Virus record (IMG/VR): IMGVR_UViG_3300020566_000012
Span: 1 to 25,426 of that record
Direction: 5' to 3' (one strand)
DNA length: 25,426 bases
From: a virus
Taxonomy: Duplodnaviria > Caudoviricetes
In this document: in pieces, positions 8,217 through 17,600 of the stretch
Layout of the letters: each line of letters opens with the position of its first letter
Position numbering within the stretch: position 1 is the first letter of the stretch
Made by a program: the position numbers and the translations under genes
The notes under the pieces: model-generated
Seen by the model: the letters and a program-made list of their open reading frames with translations, nothing else
Database searches by the model: none
Told to the model about the DNA's origin: nothing

Positions 8217-8897
8217 TTGCCATCGGTCGTCGATTTGTGCAACCTCGCACTCGCATACCTCGGGGATGATGCCACGGTCGCAAGCATCGACCCGCCGGAG
8301 GGCTCCGCGCAGGCAGAGCACTGCCAGCGGTTCTACCCCATCGCACGCGACACGCTGCTCCAGATGCACACTTGGAGCTTCGCCTCGCGGCGCGTCAGCC
8401 TCGCGCAAGTGACGATGCCGTACACGATGTGGAAGTACGCATATGCCTGCCCGGGCGACATGATGACCGCCGTGGCGGTGCTGCCCCCGCAGGCAGAGAA
8501 CGACTACGCGGTGCGCGCCTACCCGGCCGACCGCTACGGCTGGGGCTGGATCAACACCCCGTTCGTCGCCGGCGGAACCTACGTCCCGCAGGAGTACCAG
8601 ATCGAGACGGACACGGCCGGGAACAAGGTGATCTACACCAACCAGGAGAATGCGCTCCTGCGCTACCAGGCGCTCGTCACCGACCCGACCAAGTTCGACC
8701 CGCTGTTCTCGAACGCGCTCGCGTGGCACCTCGCGTCGATGCTCGCAGGCCCGGTCGTGAAGGGCGCCGAGGGCGCCGCAGAGGGCCGCAAGTGCATGCA
8801 GATGGCGCTTGGCTACATCCAGCAGGCGAAGGCGTCCGACGCCAGCCAGCGCGACGTGAAGCCCGAGCACATCACGCCCTGGATCTCTGGACGCTGA
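8217..8897 (+). CDS. Tail tubular protein A / head-tail adaptor (T7 gp11-like)
   Basis: Motifs SVVDLCNLALAYLG, C.RFY..ARD.LL..H.WSFA, W.YAY..P.D and FDPLF..ALAW.LA. TTG start after AAGGAG. Confidence 0.88.
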   Translation: MPSVVDLCNLALAYLGDDATVASIDPPEGSAQAEHCQRFYPIARDTLLQMHTWSFASRRVSLAQVTMPYTMWKYAYACPGDMMTAVAVLPPQAENDYAVRAYPADRYGWGWINTPFVAGGTYVPQEYQIETDTAGNKVIYTNQENALLRYQALVTDPTKFDPLFSNALAWHLASMLAGPVVKGAEGAAEGRKCMQMALGYIQQAKASDASQRDVKPEHITPWISGR

Positions 8898-8900
8898 CCG

Positions 8901-11900
8901 ATGGCACAGACCCGCGTCTACCACCGCTCATTCGGAGGAGGCGAGATCAGCCCGGAGATGTTCGGGCGCATCGATGATGTCCGCTTCCAGACGGGCGCGG
9001 CCACGATGCGGAACTTCATCGCCCTGCCGCAAGGAGCCGTCGAGAACCGGCCCGGCACGCAGTTCGTGCGCGAGGTGAAGGACTCGACCAAGAAGACCAG
9101 GCTCCTGCCGTTCACGTTCAGCACCACGCAGACGATGGTGCTCGAGCTCGGCGCTGGCTACTTCCGCTTCCACACGCAGGGCGCCACGCTCGGCCCCGGC
9201 ACGCCTGCCGCCTACAACAATGCCACGGCCTACTCGATCGGCGCGCTCGTCTCCTCGGGCGGCGTGAACTACTACTGCATCGCGGCGACCACGGGCAACG
9301 CACCGCCGAACGCCACGTACTGGTACGCGCTCCCGGCGGGGATCTACGAGATCCCCAACCCCTACGCCGAGGCCGACCTGTTCGACATCCACTACGTGCA
9401 GTCTGCGGACGTCCTGACGCTCGTCCACCCAAACTACGCGCCCCGCGAGCTGCGCCGGCTGGGTGCGACCACGTGGGTGCTGTCCACGATCTCGTTCGTG
9501 CCGACCGTCAGCACCCCGACCTCGGTCGCGGTGACTGCCAACCGTGGGCAGGCGCTCAACATCACGGCGTTCACGCAGGCGAATCCGGGCGTCATCACGA
9601 CCATCGGCAACCACGGCCTCGCGGTCGATGACCCGGTCTACGTGGACGGCGGCACGATGACCCAGGTGCGCGGGTTCTACACCGTGAACTCTACGCCTGC
9701 CGTGAACACGCTGTCGCTGCGCGCATACGACAGCGGCGTCCCGGTGAACACGACCTCGTTCACGGCGTGGTCGGGCGGCGGCTTCGTGCAGTTCGGCGCG
9801 AAGACCATCGACTCTGACTCGTACTACGTGGTGACGGCATTCGCTGACAACGGGATCGACGAGAGCGCACCGAGCGCGGCGGTGAGCGTCACGAACAACC
9901 TGAACGCGCCGGGATCGAGCAACACGGTCACCTGGGCGGCGTCTGCGGGCGCGGCGCTCTACAACGTCTACAAGCGCCAAAGCGGCCTGTACGGCTACAT
10001 CGGGCAGACGCAGTCGCTGTCGTTCACGGACAACAACATCGCCCCGAACCTCGGGATCACGCCGCCCATCGCGGACACGACGTTCGTCCCGGGCGCGATC
10101 CTGTCTGTCCCGGTCACGAACGGCGGATCTGGCTACGGCTCGACGGTGGTGAGCGGCGGCTCGTTTCAGACCGTGGCGGTCATCGCCGGCGGCACGGACT
10201 ACGACAGCGGCGAATCGGTGACCGTGGCCGACCCGACCGGGAGCGGCGCCACGTTCACCGTGACCGAGTCGGCGGGCGTCATCACGGCGGTGGCCGTCAC
10301 GGCCGGCGGAAGCCTGTACAGCGACCCGACCTTCTCGGTAGGCGGTGCGGATACCAGCGCCTTCCCCGCCCCAATTGTGGTCGGCAGCGGCGCACGGCTC
10401 CTGCCGACGCTCACGCCGCTGGTCTATGGCAGCGTCACCATCGGCGTCACCGACACCACGGGGACCGGGGCCGTGCTCGAGCCCATCGTCCAGGGCGGCG
10501 TCATTACCGCCATCCGGGTCGTGAACGGCGGGCGCAACTACACCAGCCCGACCATCACCGTCACCTCGGCGGCAGGCGGGTCGAGCGCCACGTTCGGTGC
10601 GGCGGTCCTGTCGGCGGTCCAGTTCCCCGGCGCGGTCAGCTACTTCGAGCAGCGCCGCGTCTTCGCCGGGACCACGCTCGCGCCCCAGACGCTCTGGATG
10701 ACCCGCACGGGCACCGAGAGCGACATGTCCTACCACATCCCGGTGCAGGACACCGACCGCATCTCCTTCACCGTGGCCGCCCGCGAGGCGAACACCATCC
10801 GCCACCTGGTGCCGCTCACGCAGCTCCTCGCGCTGACGAGCGCCGCAGAGTGGCGAATCTCCCCGGTCAACAGCGACGTCATCACCCCGACCACGATCTC
10901 CGTGCGCCCGCAGGCATACGTCGGGGCCAACAACGTCCAGCCGTCCATCGTCAACAACACGGTGGTCTACTGCTCGGCCCGCGACGGCCACGTGCGCGAG
11001 CTCGGCTACTCGTGGCAGGCCAGCGGATTCGTGACGGGCGACCTGAGCCTGCGCGCCACGCACCTGTTCGACAACTTCGACATCTCGGACATGTGCTACA
11101 GCAAGGCTCCGCAGCCGCTCCTGTGGTTCATTTCAAGCACGGGCAGGCTGCTGGGCCTCACCTACATCCCCGAGCAGCAGATCGGCGCATGGCACCGCCA
11201 CGACACGGACGGGTCGTTTGAGTCATGCACGGTGGTCGCGGAAGGCGTCGAGGACCGCCTGTACGTCATCGTGAAGCGCACCATCGGCGGCACGACCAAG
11301 CGGTACGTCGAGCGCATGGCGAGCCGCCAGGTCGGGGACATCGAGGACTGCTTCTTCGTGGACAGCGGCCTGAGCTACGACGGCACGAACACGGGCTCGA
11401 CCACGGTGACGGTCACGGGCGGCTCGACCTGGGGTCCGGCAGACGTCCTGACCGTGACGGCGAGCGCCGCGATCTTCCAGTTCCCGGCGACCACGGACAT
11501 CAACGACGCCATCGTCATCACGGCCACGGACGGCACGCAGTACCGCCTGACGATCCTCGGCACGTCGAGCACCACGGTGGCGACCGCCAAGGTGGACAAG
11601 GTCATCGCGCCCGCCCTGCGCGGCGTGGCGACCACGCGGTGGTCATTCGCACGCGACTCCATCTCAGGGCTTGGGCACCTCGAGGGCAAGACCGTGAGCA
11701 TCCTCGCGGACGGGGCCGTGATGCCGCAGAAGGTCGTGACGGCAGGGACGGTCGCGCTCCAGCGCGCATCGACCGTGGTCCATGTCGGCCTGCCCTACGA
11801 CAGCGACCTCGAGACGCTGCCGATGACGCTCCAGGTCGAGGCGTTCGGGCAGGGCCGCGCCAAGAACATCAACGAGGCATGGCTGCGCGTGGTGAGCTCG

Positions 11901-12116
11901 AGCGGCATCTTCATCGGCCCCAGCCTCGACAACCTCGTGGAGGCCAAGCAGCGCACCACGGAGCCCTACGGCAGCCCCCCGGCCCTGAAGACGGACGAGA
12001 TCGGCGTGAAGCTGACGCCGTCCTGGCAGCAGGCCGGGCGCATCTTCGTGCGGCAGTCTGACCCGCTGCCCCTGACCATCGTCGGGCTGACGCTCGAGGT
12101 CGCCATCGGAGGATGA
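8901..12116 (+). CDS. Tail tubular protein B / nozzle (T7 gp12-like) with inserted domains
   Basis: Motifs SFGGGEISP.MFGR.D, NFI..PQG...RPGT.FV, QSADVL, P.AV.YFEQR..FAG, AWHRH.T.G, GL.HLEGKTV.ILADG and Q.DPLPLTI. Confidence 0.9.
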   Translation: MAQTRVYHRSFGGGEISPEMFGRIDDVRFQTGAATMRNFIALPQGAVENRPGTQFVREVKDSTKKTRLLPFTFSTTQTMVLELGAGYFRFHTQGATLGPGTPAAYNNATAYSIGALVSSGGVNYYCIAATTGNAPPNATYWYALPAGIYEIPNPYAEADLFDIHYVQSADVLTLVHPNYAPRELRRLGATTWVLSTISFVPTVSTPTSVAVTANRGQALNITAFTQANPGVITTIGNHGLAVDDPVYVDGGTMTQVRGFYTVNSTPAVNTLSLRAYDSGVPVNTTSFTAWSGGGFVQFGAKTIDSDSYYVVTAFADNGIDESAPSAAVSVTNNLNAPGSSNTVTWAASAGAALYNVYKRQSGLYGYIGQTQSLSFTDNNIAPNLGITPPIADTTFVPGAILSVPVTNGGSGYGSTVVSGGSFQTVAVIAGGTDYDSGESVTVADPTGSGATFTVTESAGVITAVAVTAGGSLYSDPTFSVGGADTSAFPAPIVVGSGARLLPTLTPLVYGSVTIGVTDTTGTGAVLEPIVQGGVITAIRVVNGGRNYTSPTITVTSAAGGSSATFGAAVLSAVQFPGAVSYFEQRRVFAGTTLAPQTLWMTRTGTESDMSYHIPVQDTDRISFTVAAREANTIRHLVPLTQLLALTSAAEWRISPVNSDVITPTTISVRPQAYVGANNVQPSIVNNTVVYCSARDGHVRELGYSWQASGFVTGDLSLRATHLFDNFDISDMCYSKAPQPLLWFISSTGRLLGLTYIPEQQIGAWHRHDTDGSFESCTVVAEGVEDRLYVIVKRTIGGTTKRYVERMASRQVGDIEDCFFVDSGLSYDGTNTGSTTVTVTGGSTWGPADVLTVTASAAIFQFPATTDINDAIVITATDGTQYRLTILGTSSTTVATAKVDKVIAPALRGVATTRWSFARDSISGLGHLEGKTVSILADGAVMPQKVVTAGTVALQRASTVVHVGLPYDSDLETLPMTLQVEAFGQGRAKNINEAWLRVVSSSGIFIGPSLDNLVEAKQRTTEPYGSPPALKTDEIGVKLTPSWQQAGRIFVRQSDPLPLTIVGLTLEVAIGG

Positions 12117-12117
12117 C

Positions 12118-12891
12118 ATGAACCTGACCCCGGCCCAGCAGTGGATGCTCAACATGCCGTACCAGACGCAAAGCGTCGGGACGATGCTGACGGGCACGAA
12201 CCTGCCCTACTACGAACGCACGGGCGGGATGCCATCGGCGCCCGCCGCGGCGGCTGCGGCCGATGGCGGCACATTCATGCAAGGCTTTGCCCCGGCCTTC
12301 GCCGAGGGCATGACCGTCGCTGGGCCGATTGTCTCGATCTTCGGGGCCGCGTCGAGCGCCATCGGGTCGTACTACGCAGCCGAGAGCCAGAAGAACGCCC
12401 TCAAGATGCAGGCGCAGAACCAGCGGTTTGCTGGCGAGATGGCCCGCATCAACCGGCAGGGCGCCGAGTTCACCGCCGCGCAGGTCGGCCGCGAGGGCGC
12501 CATGCGGGCCGGGATCATGGGAATGCGCGCCGGGCAGGCCCGGGCCGGCGCACGGGCGTCCTTGGCCGCACGCGGGGCCGTCCTCGGCGCAGGCTCTGCA
12601 CGCGAGATCATCGGCAGCATGGACCTGATGGCCGAGATCGACCGCCTGAGCATCAGCGCCGCCACCGTGCGCGAGCAGGAGGCCGCCCGCCTCGCCGCCA
12701 CGAACCTCGGCGCTCAGGCCACGATGGCCGGAATCTCGGCCCGAAACCTCGAGGCGACCGCAGGAACGATCTACCCCGGCATGGCCCTCGGCACCAGCCT
12801 CCTCGGCAGCGCCACCGAGATCGGGTCCACGTGGGCCAGGAACCGCCGCATCGAGGAACTGCTCTCAGGCGTGGGAACGCAGAGGATCTGA
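12118..12891 (+). CDS. Internal virion (ejection) protein, T7 gp14-like position
   Basis: Ala/Gly-rich and helical, with the pattern G.Q.RA..RA.LAARG...G.GSA, and located after the tail tubular genes. The true start is uncertain. Confidence 0.7.
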   Translation: MNLTPAQQWMLNMPYQTQSVGTMLTGTNLPYYERTGGMPSAPAAAAAADGGTFMQGFAPAFAEGMTVAGPIVSIFGAASSAIGSYYAAESQKNALKMQAQNQRFAGEMARINRQGAEFTAAQVGREGAMRAGIMGMRAGQARAGARASLAARGAVLGAGSAREIIGSMDLMAEIDRLSISAATVREQEAARLAATNLGAQATMAGISARNLEATAGTIYPGMALGTSLLGSATEIGSTWARNRRIEELLSGVGTQRI

Positions 12892-12894
12892 CCA

Positions 12895-14667
12895 ATGCCC
12901 ACCGTACCGACCACGTTCGTCCCGCAGGTCGCGCCGCAGGCGCCGGGCGACATCGGCCAGTTCCAGGCGCCTGGCGTGCAGGCCGCCGAGAACCTTGCCG
13001 GGCCGCAGCTCGCCCGCTTCGGGCAGGCGATGACCGGGGCAGGCAACGCCGCCTTCCGGCTGGGCTCCGCGATCCAGGACGGGATCGACGATGCCACGAC
13101 CAAGCAGGCCGACGTGATGGGCACGACGGCCATGCAGCGCGTGGCCGACCGCTTCCTCGGCACGGTCGGGCAGCAGTCCGAGCGCGACTTCGAGGCGTCG
13201 ATGGGCGAGCTGTCGCAGGCCGGCGCGGCGGCGATGGACACGCTGAAGAACGACACGCAGCGTGCGATGTACGCGCCCATCCTCGCCCGGAACATGGGGA
13301 TGTTCCAGAGCCGGATGCAGCAGCACCGCAACGGCCAGGTGCGCGTCTGGAACACGAACGAGGCCATCGCACGCAGCGAGGTGAACGCCGACAACGCCAT
13401 CTTCGCCTGGGCAAGCCGCAACGAGAAGGACGCCGCCGGGCGCCCGGTCGGGATGCTCCGGTATGCCGCCTACGCCGACACGGCCGTGGACGAGGCCCGC
13501 AAGGCCGGCGAACTCATGGGCTACGCGCCCGACTCGGCGCAGATGAAGCAGCTCGAGCAGAAGGTCCACGACCGGATGGCGAAGGGCATCGTGGATTCCA
13601 TGCTCGTCAACGGCGAGTATGCCGCCGCCGACGAGTTCTTGTCCGACCCGGACACGCAGGAAATGCTCGACGCCAGGGCGGCGCAGGCGCTGCGCGAGAG
13701 CGTGATGACCAACCAGCAGCGCGCCGTCATCGGCGAGCTCACGGCAAGCATCAAGGAAACCGGGACGCTGTACGCCAAAAGCGACCCGAAGACCTACGGG
13801 CAGGAGGCGAAGGAAGGCGCCGAGCCGCCGGCCACGCTGCGCGATGCGCTCGAGCGCGCCGAGTCGATCAAGGACGACGACGTCCGCAAGGCTGTGCAGG
13901 CGCAGCTCAGGACGCAGTACGCGCAGGACGAGGCGCTCAGGACGCAGGAATACCGCGCCCTGATCGACGCCTACGAGAACCACATGGCGGTGCCGGGCAA
14001 CTCCATGTTCAACCTGCCGCCGGCTCTTGAGAGCCAGATGGCCGCCCTGAGCCCGAAGGACCGACAGTCGTTCTACGCGCAGCAGCGCGAGTCTGACGAG
14101 ATCGGCGTGCAGGAGGAGCTGGCACGTAACCCGGCCATGCTCACCCGCGAGTGGCTTGAGCGCAACCGCACGAAGATGACGCCCGGCACCTACGTCAAAC
14201 TCCTCGGCGAACTCAACCAGCCCGAGAAGATCATCGAGGCGCAGGTCGATGCGGATGACATCAACCGCCAACTCACGGACATGGGCATGCCGCAGTACGT
14301 CAACGCACCTCGTGGATCGACCGACGCGCAGCGCCACCTGATCTTCCGAAACAACATCACGCAGATGATCGAGATTCGCCAGCGGGAGCGTGGCGGGAAG
14401 ATCAGCCCAGACGAAAAGCGCGACATCATCCGCAAGGCCATCGTGGACGAGGCATACGTTTCCATCTCATGGGCGAGAGATCCAAGAATTCCAGTCGCCA
14501 TGATGACGCAGGAGGAGCTCGGGAAGGCGTACTACGACATCGGTGACCAGGAAGTGCCATTCGCGCAGTACCGCATGGCCGAGCAGCAACTCATGCGCGC
14601 CGGCATCGCGTCCCCGACAGAGGCGCAGATCCTTGAATACTGGACCCGGAAGGGCAAGCCGAAGTGA
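12895..14667 (+). CDS. Internal virion (ejection) protein, 590 aa, helical
   Basis: MP.VPT N-terminus, all-helical composition and synteny. Its stop overlaps the next start (GTGA). Confidence 0.7.
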   Translation: MPTVPTTFVPQVAPQAPGDIGQFQAPGVQAAENLAGPQLARFGQAMTGAGNAAFRLGSAIQDGIDDATTKQADVMGTTAMQRVADRFLGTVGQQSERDFEASMGELSQAGAAAMDTLKNDTQRAMYAPILARNMGMFQSRMQQHRNGQVRVWNTNEAIARSEVNADNAIFAWASRNEKDAAGRPVGMLRYAAYADTAVDEARKAGELMGYAPDSAQMKQLEQKVHDRMAKGIVDSMLVNGEYAAADEFLSDPDTQEMLDARAAQALRESVMTNQQRAVIGELTASIKETGTLYAKSDPKTYGQEAKEGAEPPATLRDALERAESIKDDDVRKAVQAQLRTQYAQDEALRTQEYRALIDAYENHMAVPGNSMFNLPPALESQMAALSPKDRQSFYAQQRESDEIGVQEELARNPAMLTREWLERNRTKMTPGTYVKLLGELNQPEKIIEAQVDADDINRQLTDMGMPQYVNAPRGSTDAQRHLIFRNNITQMIEIRQRERGGKISPDEKRDIIRKAIVDEAYVSISWARDPRIPVAMMTQEELGKAYYDIGDQEVPFAQYRMAEQQLMRAGIASPTEAQILEYWTRKGKPK

Positions 14668-17600
14668 TCGAGCCGGACATCAACGAGCGCATGGCACGAT
14701 TCTCGCCCTCGCAGGTCCAGGACGATGTCGACCCGATTGCGTCCGAGATCGCGTCACGTGCCGCCGTCCCGACGTCACAGCCGACGATGGCGATGCCAGA
14801 TGTCGATCCCATCGCCCGCCAGATCGCGGAGAACGACCGCGAATCGCTCGACGCCGCCGTGCTCGGCGCCCGGGCCGTCAACCCGGACGAGGCCGCACGC
14901 GCCATTCAGGTGGGACGGAAGGTAGGCATCCCGGCCGAGGTGGCCCGTGCGGACATGCAGCGAGCCGAGCAGCAGGCGTACCTCACGGACCTGCGCTCAA
15001 AGGACTTCCTCCGCACCGACCCGGTCATGGCGAACTTCCTCGCCAACAAGGAGTTCGCGGAGGTCGCGCATGATGACGTCGGCGTGCTGGATGCCATCCG
15101 GCCCATCATGCAGGACTGGGCGATGGTGTACTGGACGGGTGCCACGCCGGGCATGCGCCGGGGCTTTGAGCGCGGCCAGCTCGGCGCCGAGCGCGGAGAG
15201 ATCGGCGGCATGGCGATGGCTGGCCTGGCGCAGCCCAAGGACTTCGAGCGTGCGTCCAAGATCCGCGACCGCATGCGCGAGCTGGTGGACGTCGGGTTCC
15301 TGGGCGCGACCACCGAGGTCATCGCACAGAACCTTGCACAGATCCGAGGGATTGGCACGTTCACGGTCGGCGGCGCGGCGCTCGGCAGCGTGGTGCCCGT
15401 GGTCGGCACGGTTGCCGGCGGAGCGCTCGGCGCGACCGCAGGCGTGGTCGCCACGACCGGGCAGATGGAGGCCGGGAACCTGTACCTCGACCTGCGCGAG
15501 GAGGGCGTCGAGGATGACGTCGCCATCCCGGTGTCCGTGGCCGGCGGGTTCCTGAACGGCGTGATCGAGGTGGTCGGCATGAAGATCGCCGCCAAGCCGT
15601 TCCAGGCGCTTGCCAAGCGCTTCATGGCTGAGGCGGTCGCCAAGGCCGTCGCGCAGCCCACGACACGCGCCGCGCTCGCCGCGGCCGGGAAGGGATACAT
15701 CCTTCAGGTCGGGACCGGGGCCAGCGAGGAGGCGCTCCAAGAGGTGGTCATCATCGCCGGCGAGGAGATCGCCAAGGCGGCGTCCGGGATCGACAGCGAG
15801 ACGGGCCTGCGGCAGGCCACCGAGCGCGTGGTGGATGCCTTCGTGCAGGGCGCGATGGGGTCGGCCATCCTGGGCGGCATCGGACCGGGCGCGAACCTGT
15901 ACGTAGACCTGAACCGTGCGGCCAACACCGAGCGGCAGCAGGTGTTCTTCGAGAAGCTCGCCACTGCAAGCAAGGAAAGCCGGCTTGCCAAGCGCAGCCC
16001 GGAGGCATACGAGCGGTTCCTCGAGGCGCAGGCGAAGGACGGCCCCGCCGAGACGATCTACGTGGACGGGCGCATGGCGCAGGAGCTGTTCGCGCAGAGC
16101 GGCCTGACGGCGGCGCAGCTCGAGGAGGTGCTGCCCGGAATCAAGGCGCAGGTGGACGAAGCGGTCGCCACGGGCGGGGACGTGACGATCCAGACGGCGC
16201 AGTTCGGCGCTCGGCTCGCCAACACGGAACTCGGGAACGCGCTGCTGCCGCACATGCGCTTGTCGCCGGACGCCATGAGCGCCACCGAGGCGCAGGCGTT
16301 CGAGGCTGAACGGCAGGCAGTTGTGGAGGAGGCACGCACGATCCTTGCAGCAAAGCAGGAAGCCGACGCTGCGTTCGTCGCCGAGGCGCAGCAGGTCGAG
16401 GACGAGGCGTTTGAGCAGGTCCGTGCGGTCGGCCAGTTCACCGACATTGAGGCGCGGACGATTGCCAAGTTGCGTCAGGCGATGGTGGTCGTGGACGCCG
16501 CCGAGGCCGGGATGACGCCGGCCCAGTACCAGCGCGAGCGCGGCGTTCCGTTGCAGGTGCGCGGCGAAGGTATGGCTGCGCCGATGGCGCAGGCTGCACG
16601 AATTACGCTTGCGGATGTTAAAAGATCATTCGCGGAAATCGGTGTAGAGCAGCGTCTTACGGAAACTGACACGACAATCCGACCAGGAATCATTCGTGTG
16701 CCAGCGGACCTGCGTGGTGAAGGACGGGCAACACGGGCGATGCAAAGCCTAATTGCATACGCCGATCAAGCAGGAAAGCGAATTGATATCTCTCCGACTG
16801 GTGAATTCGGTGCAAACAAGAAGCGACTAGTTGCGTGGTACAAGCGCCTTGGATTTGTTGAAAACAAGGGTTCCAACAAGGACTTTGCGATCAGCGCGAC
16901 AATGTATCGGCTTCCATCTGCGCCGATGCTTCGACAGGCCGCCACGCTCGACGCCGACTACCTCGCTGCCGTCGAGCGCGGCGACATGGCGACGGCGCAG
17001 CGCATGGTGGACGAGGCGGCGAGGGCTGCAAATCAACAGAGAGTTACAAGATTTACGGTTGGTAACCGTGGTTTGCTAAATAATCAAGTCCTCAATTACG
17101 ACAAATTGTCAGATGACGAAATGGCTGAAGTTGAGGTTCTGCTTCCTCTTGGTTTGCAGCAACCACGGGACGTACCTGCCAATGCGACATTCTTCTTCAC
17201 CGACGAAGGATTGATTCGGCAAAATCGATTGATTGAGTTGTTGAAGAAAGCGGCGAAAGGTCGTGTGATAGAAACGACTGCTTATGTTCCAAATGATCCT
17301 GTATGGACATCAAACGATGGACAAGTTGCTGTGGTTCCGGAGCAGATCAAGTCTGCCAACCCCGTCACCTACGACGAGCAGGGCAACATCGTCCCGCTGT
17401 CGCGCCGCTTTGACATCACTAGCCCGAAGCTGTTTGAGCAGGCCGCCACTCTCAACGCCGATTACTTTACAGCCATTGAGCGCGGAGATACGGAAACCGT
17501 TCAAAGCATGATTGACGAAGCGGCTGAAAGACAGATGCCGTCCAGTCAAGTGCGCGATGCGGCAGGAAAACTGCTTCGCATCTACCACGGATCACAGAGA

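Noticed and set aside
2610-12897. In-frame neighbours separated by a single TGA (2612/2613, 8897/8901, 12891/12895), suggesting readthrough or TGA recoding
   Set aside because: Conserved genes contain no internal TGA, each downstream gene has its own typical N-terminus, and other junctions are out of frame. Tight translational coupling explains the pattern.
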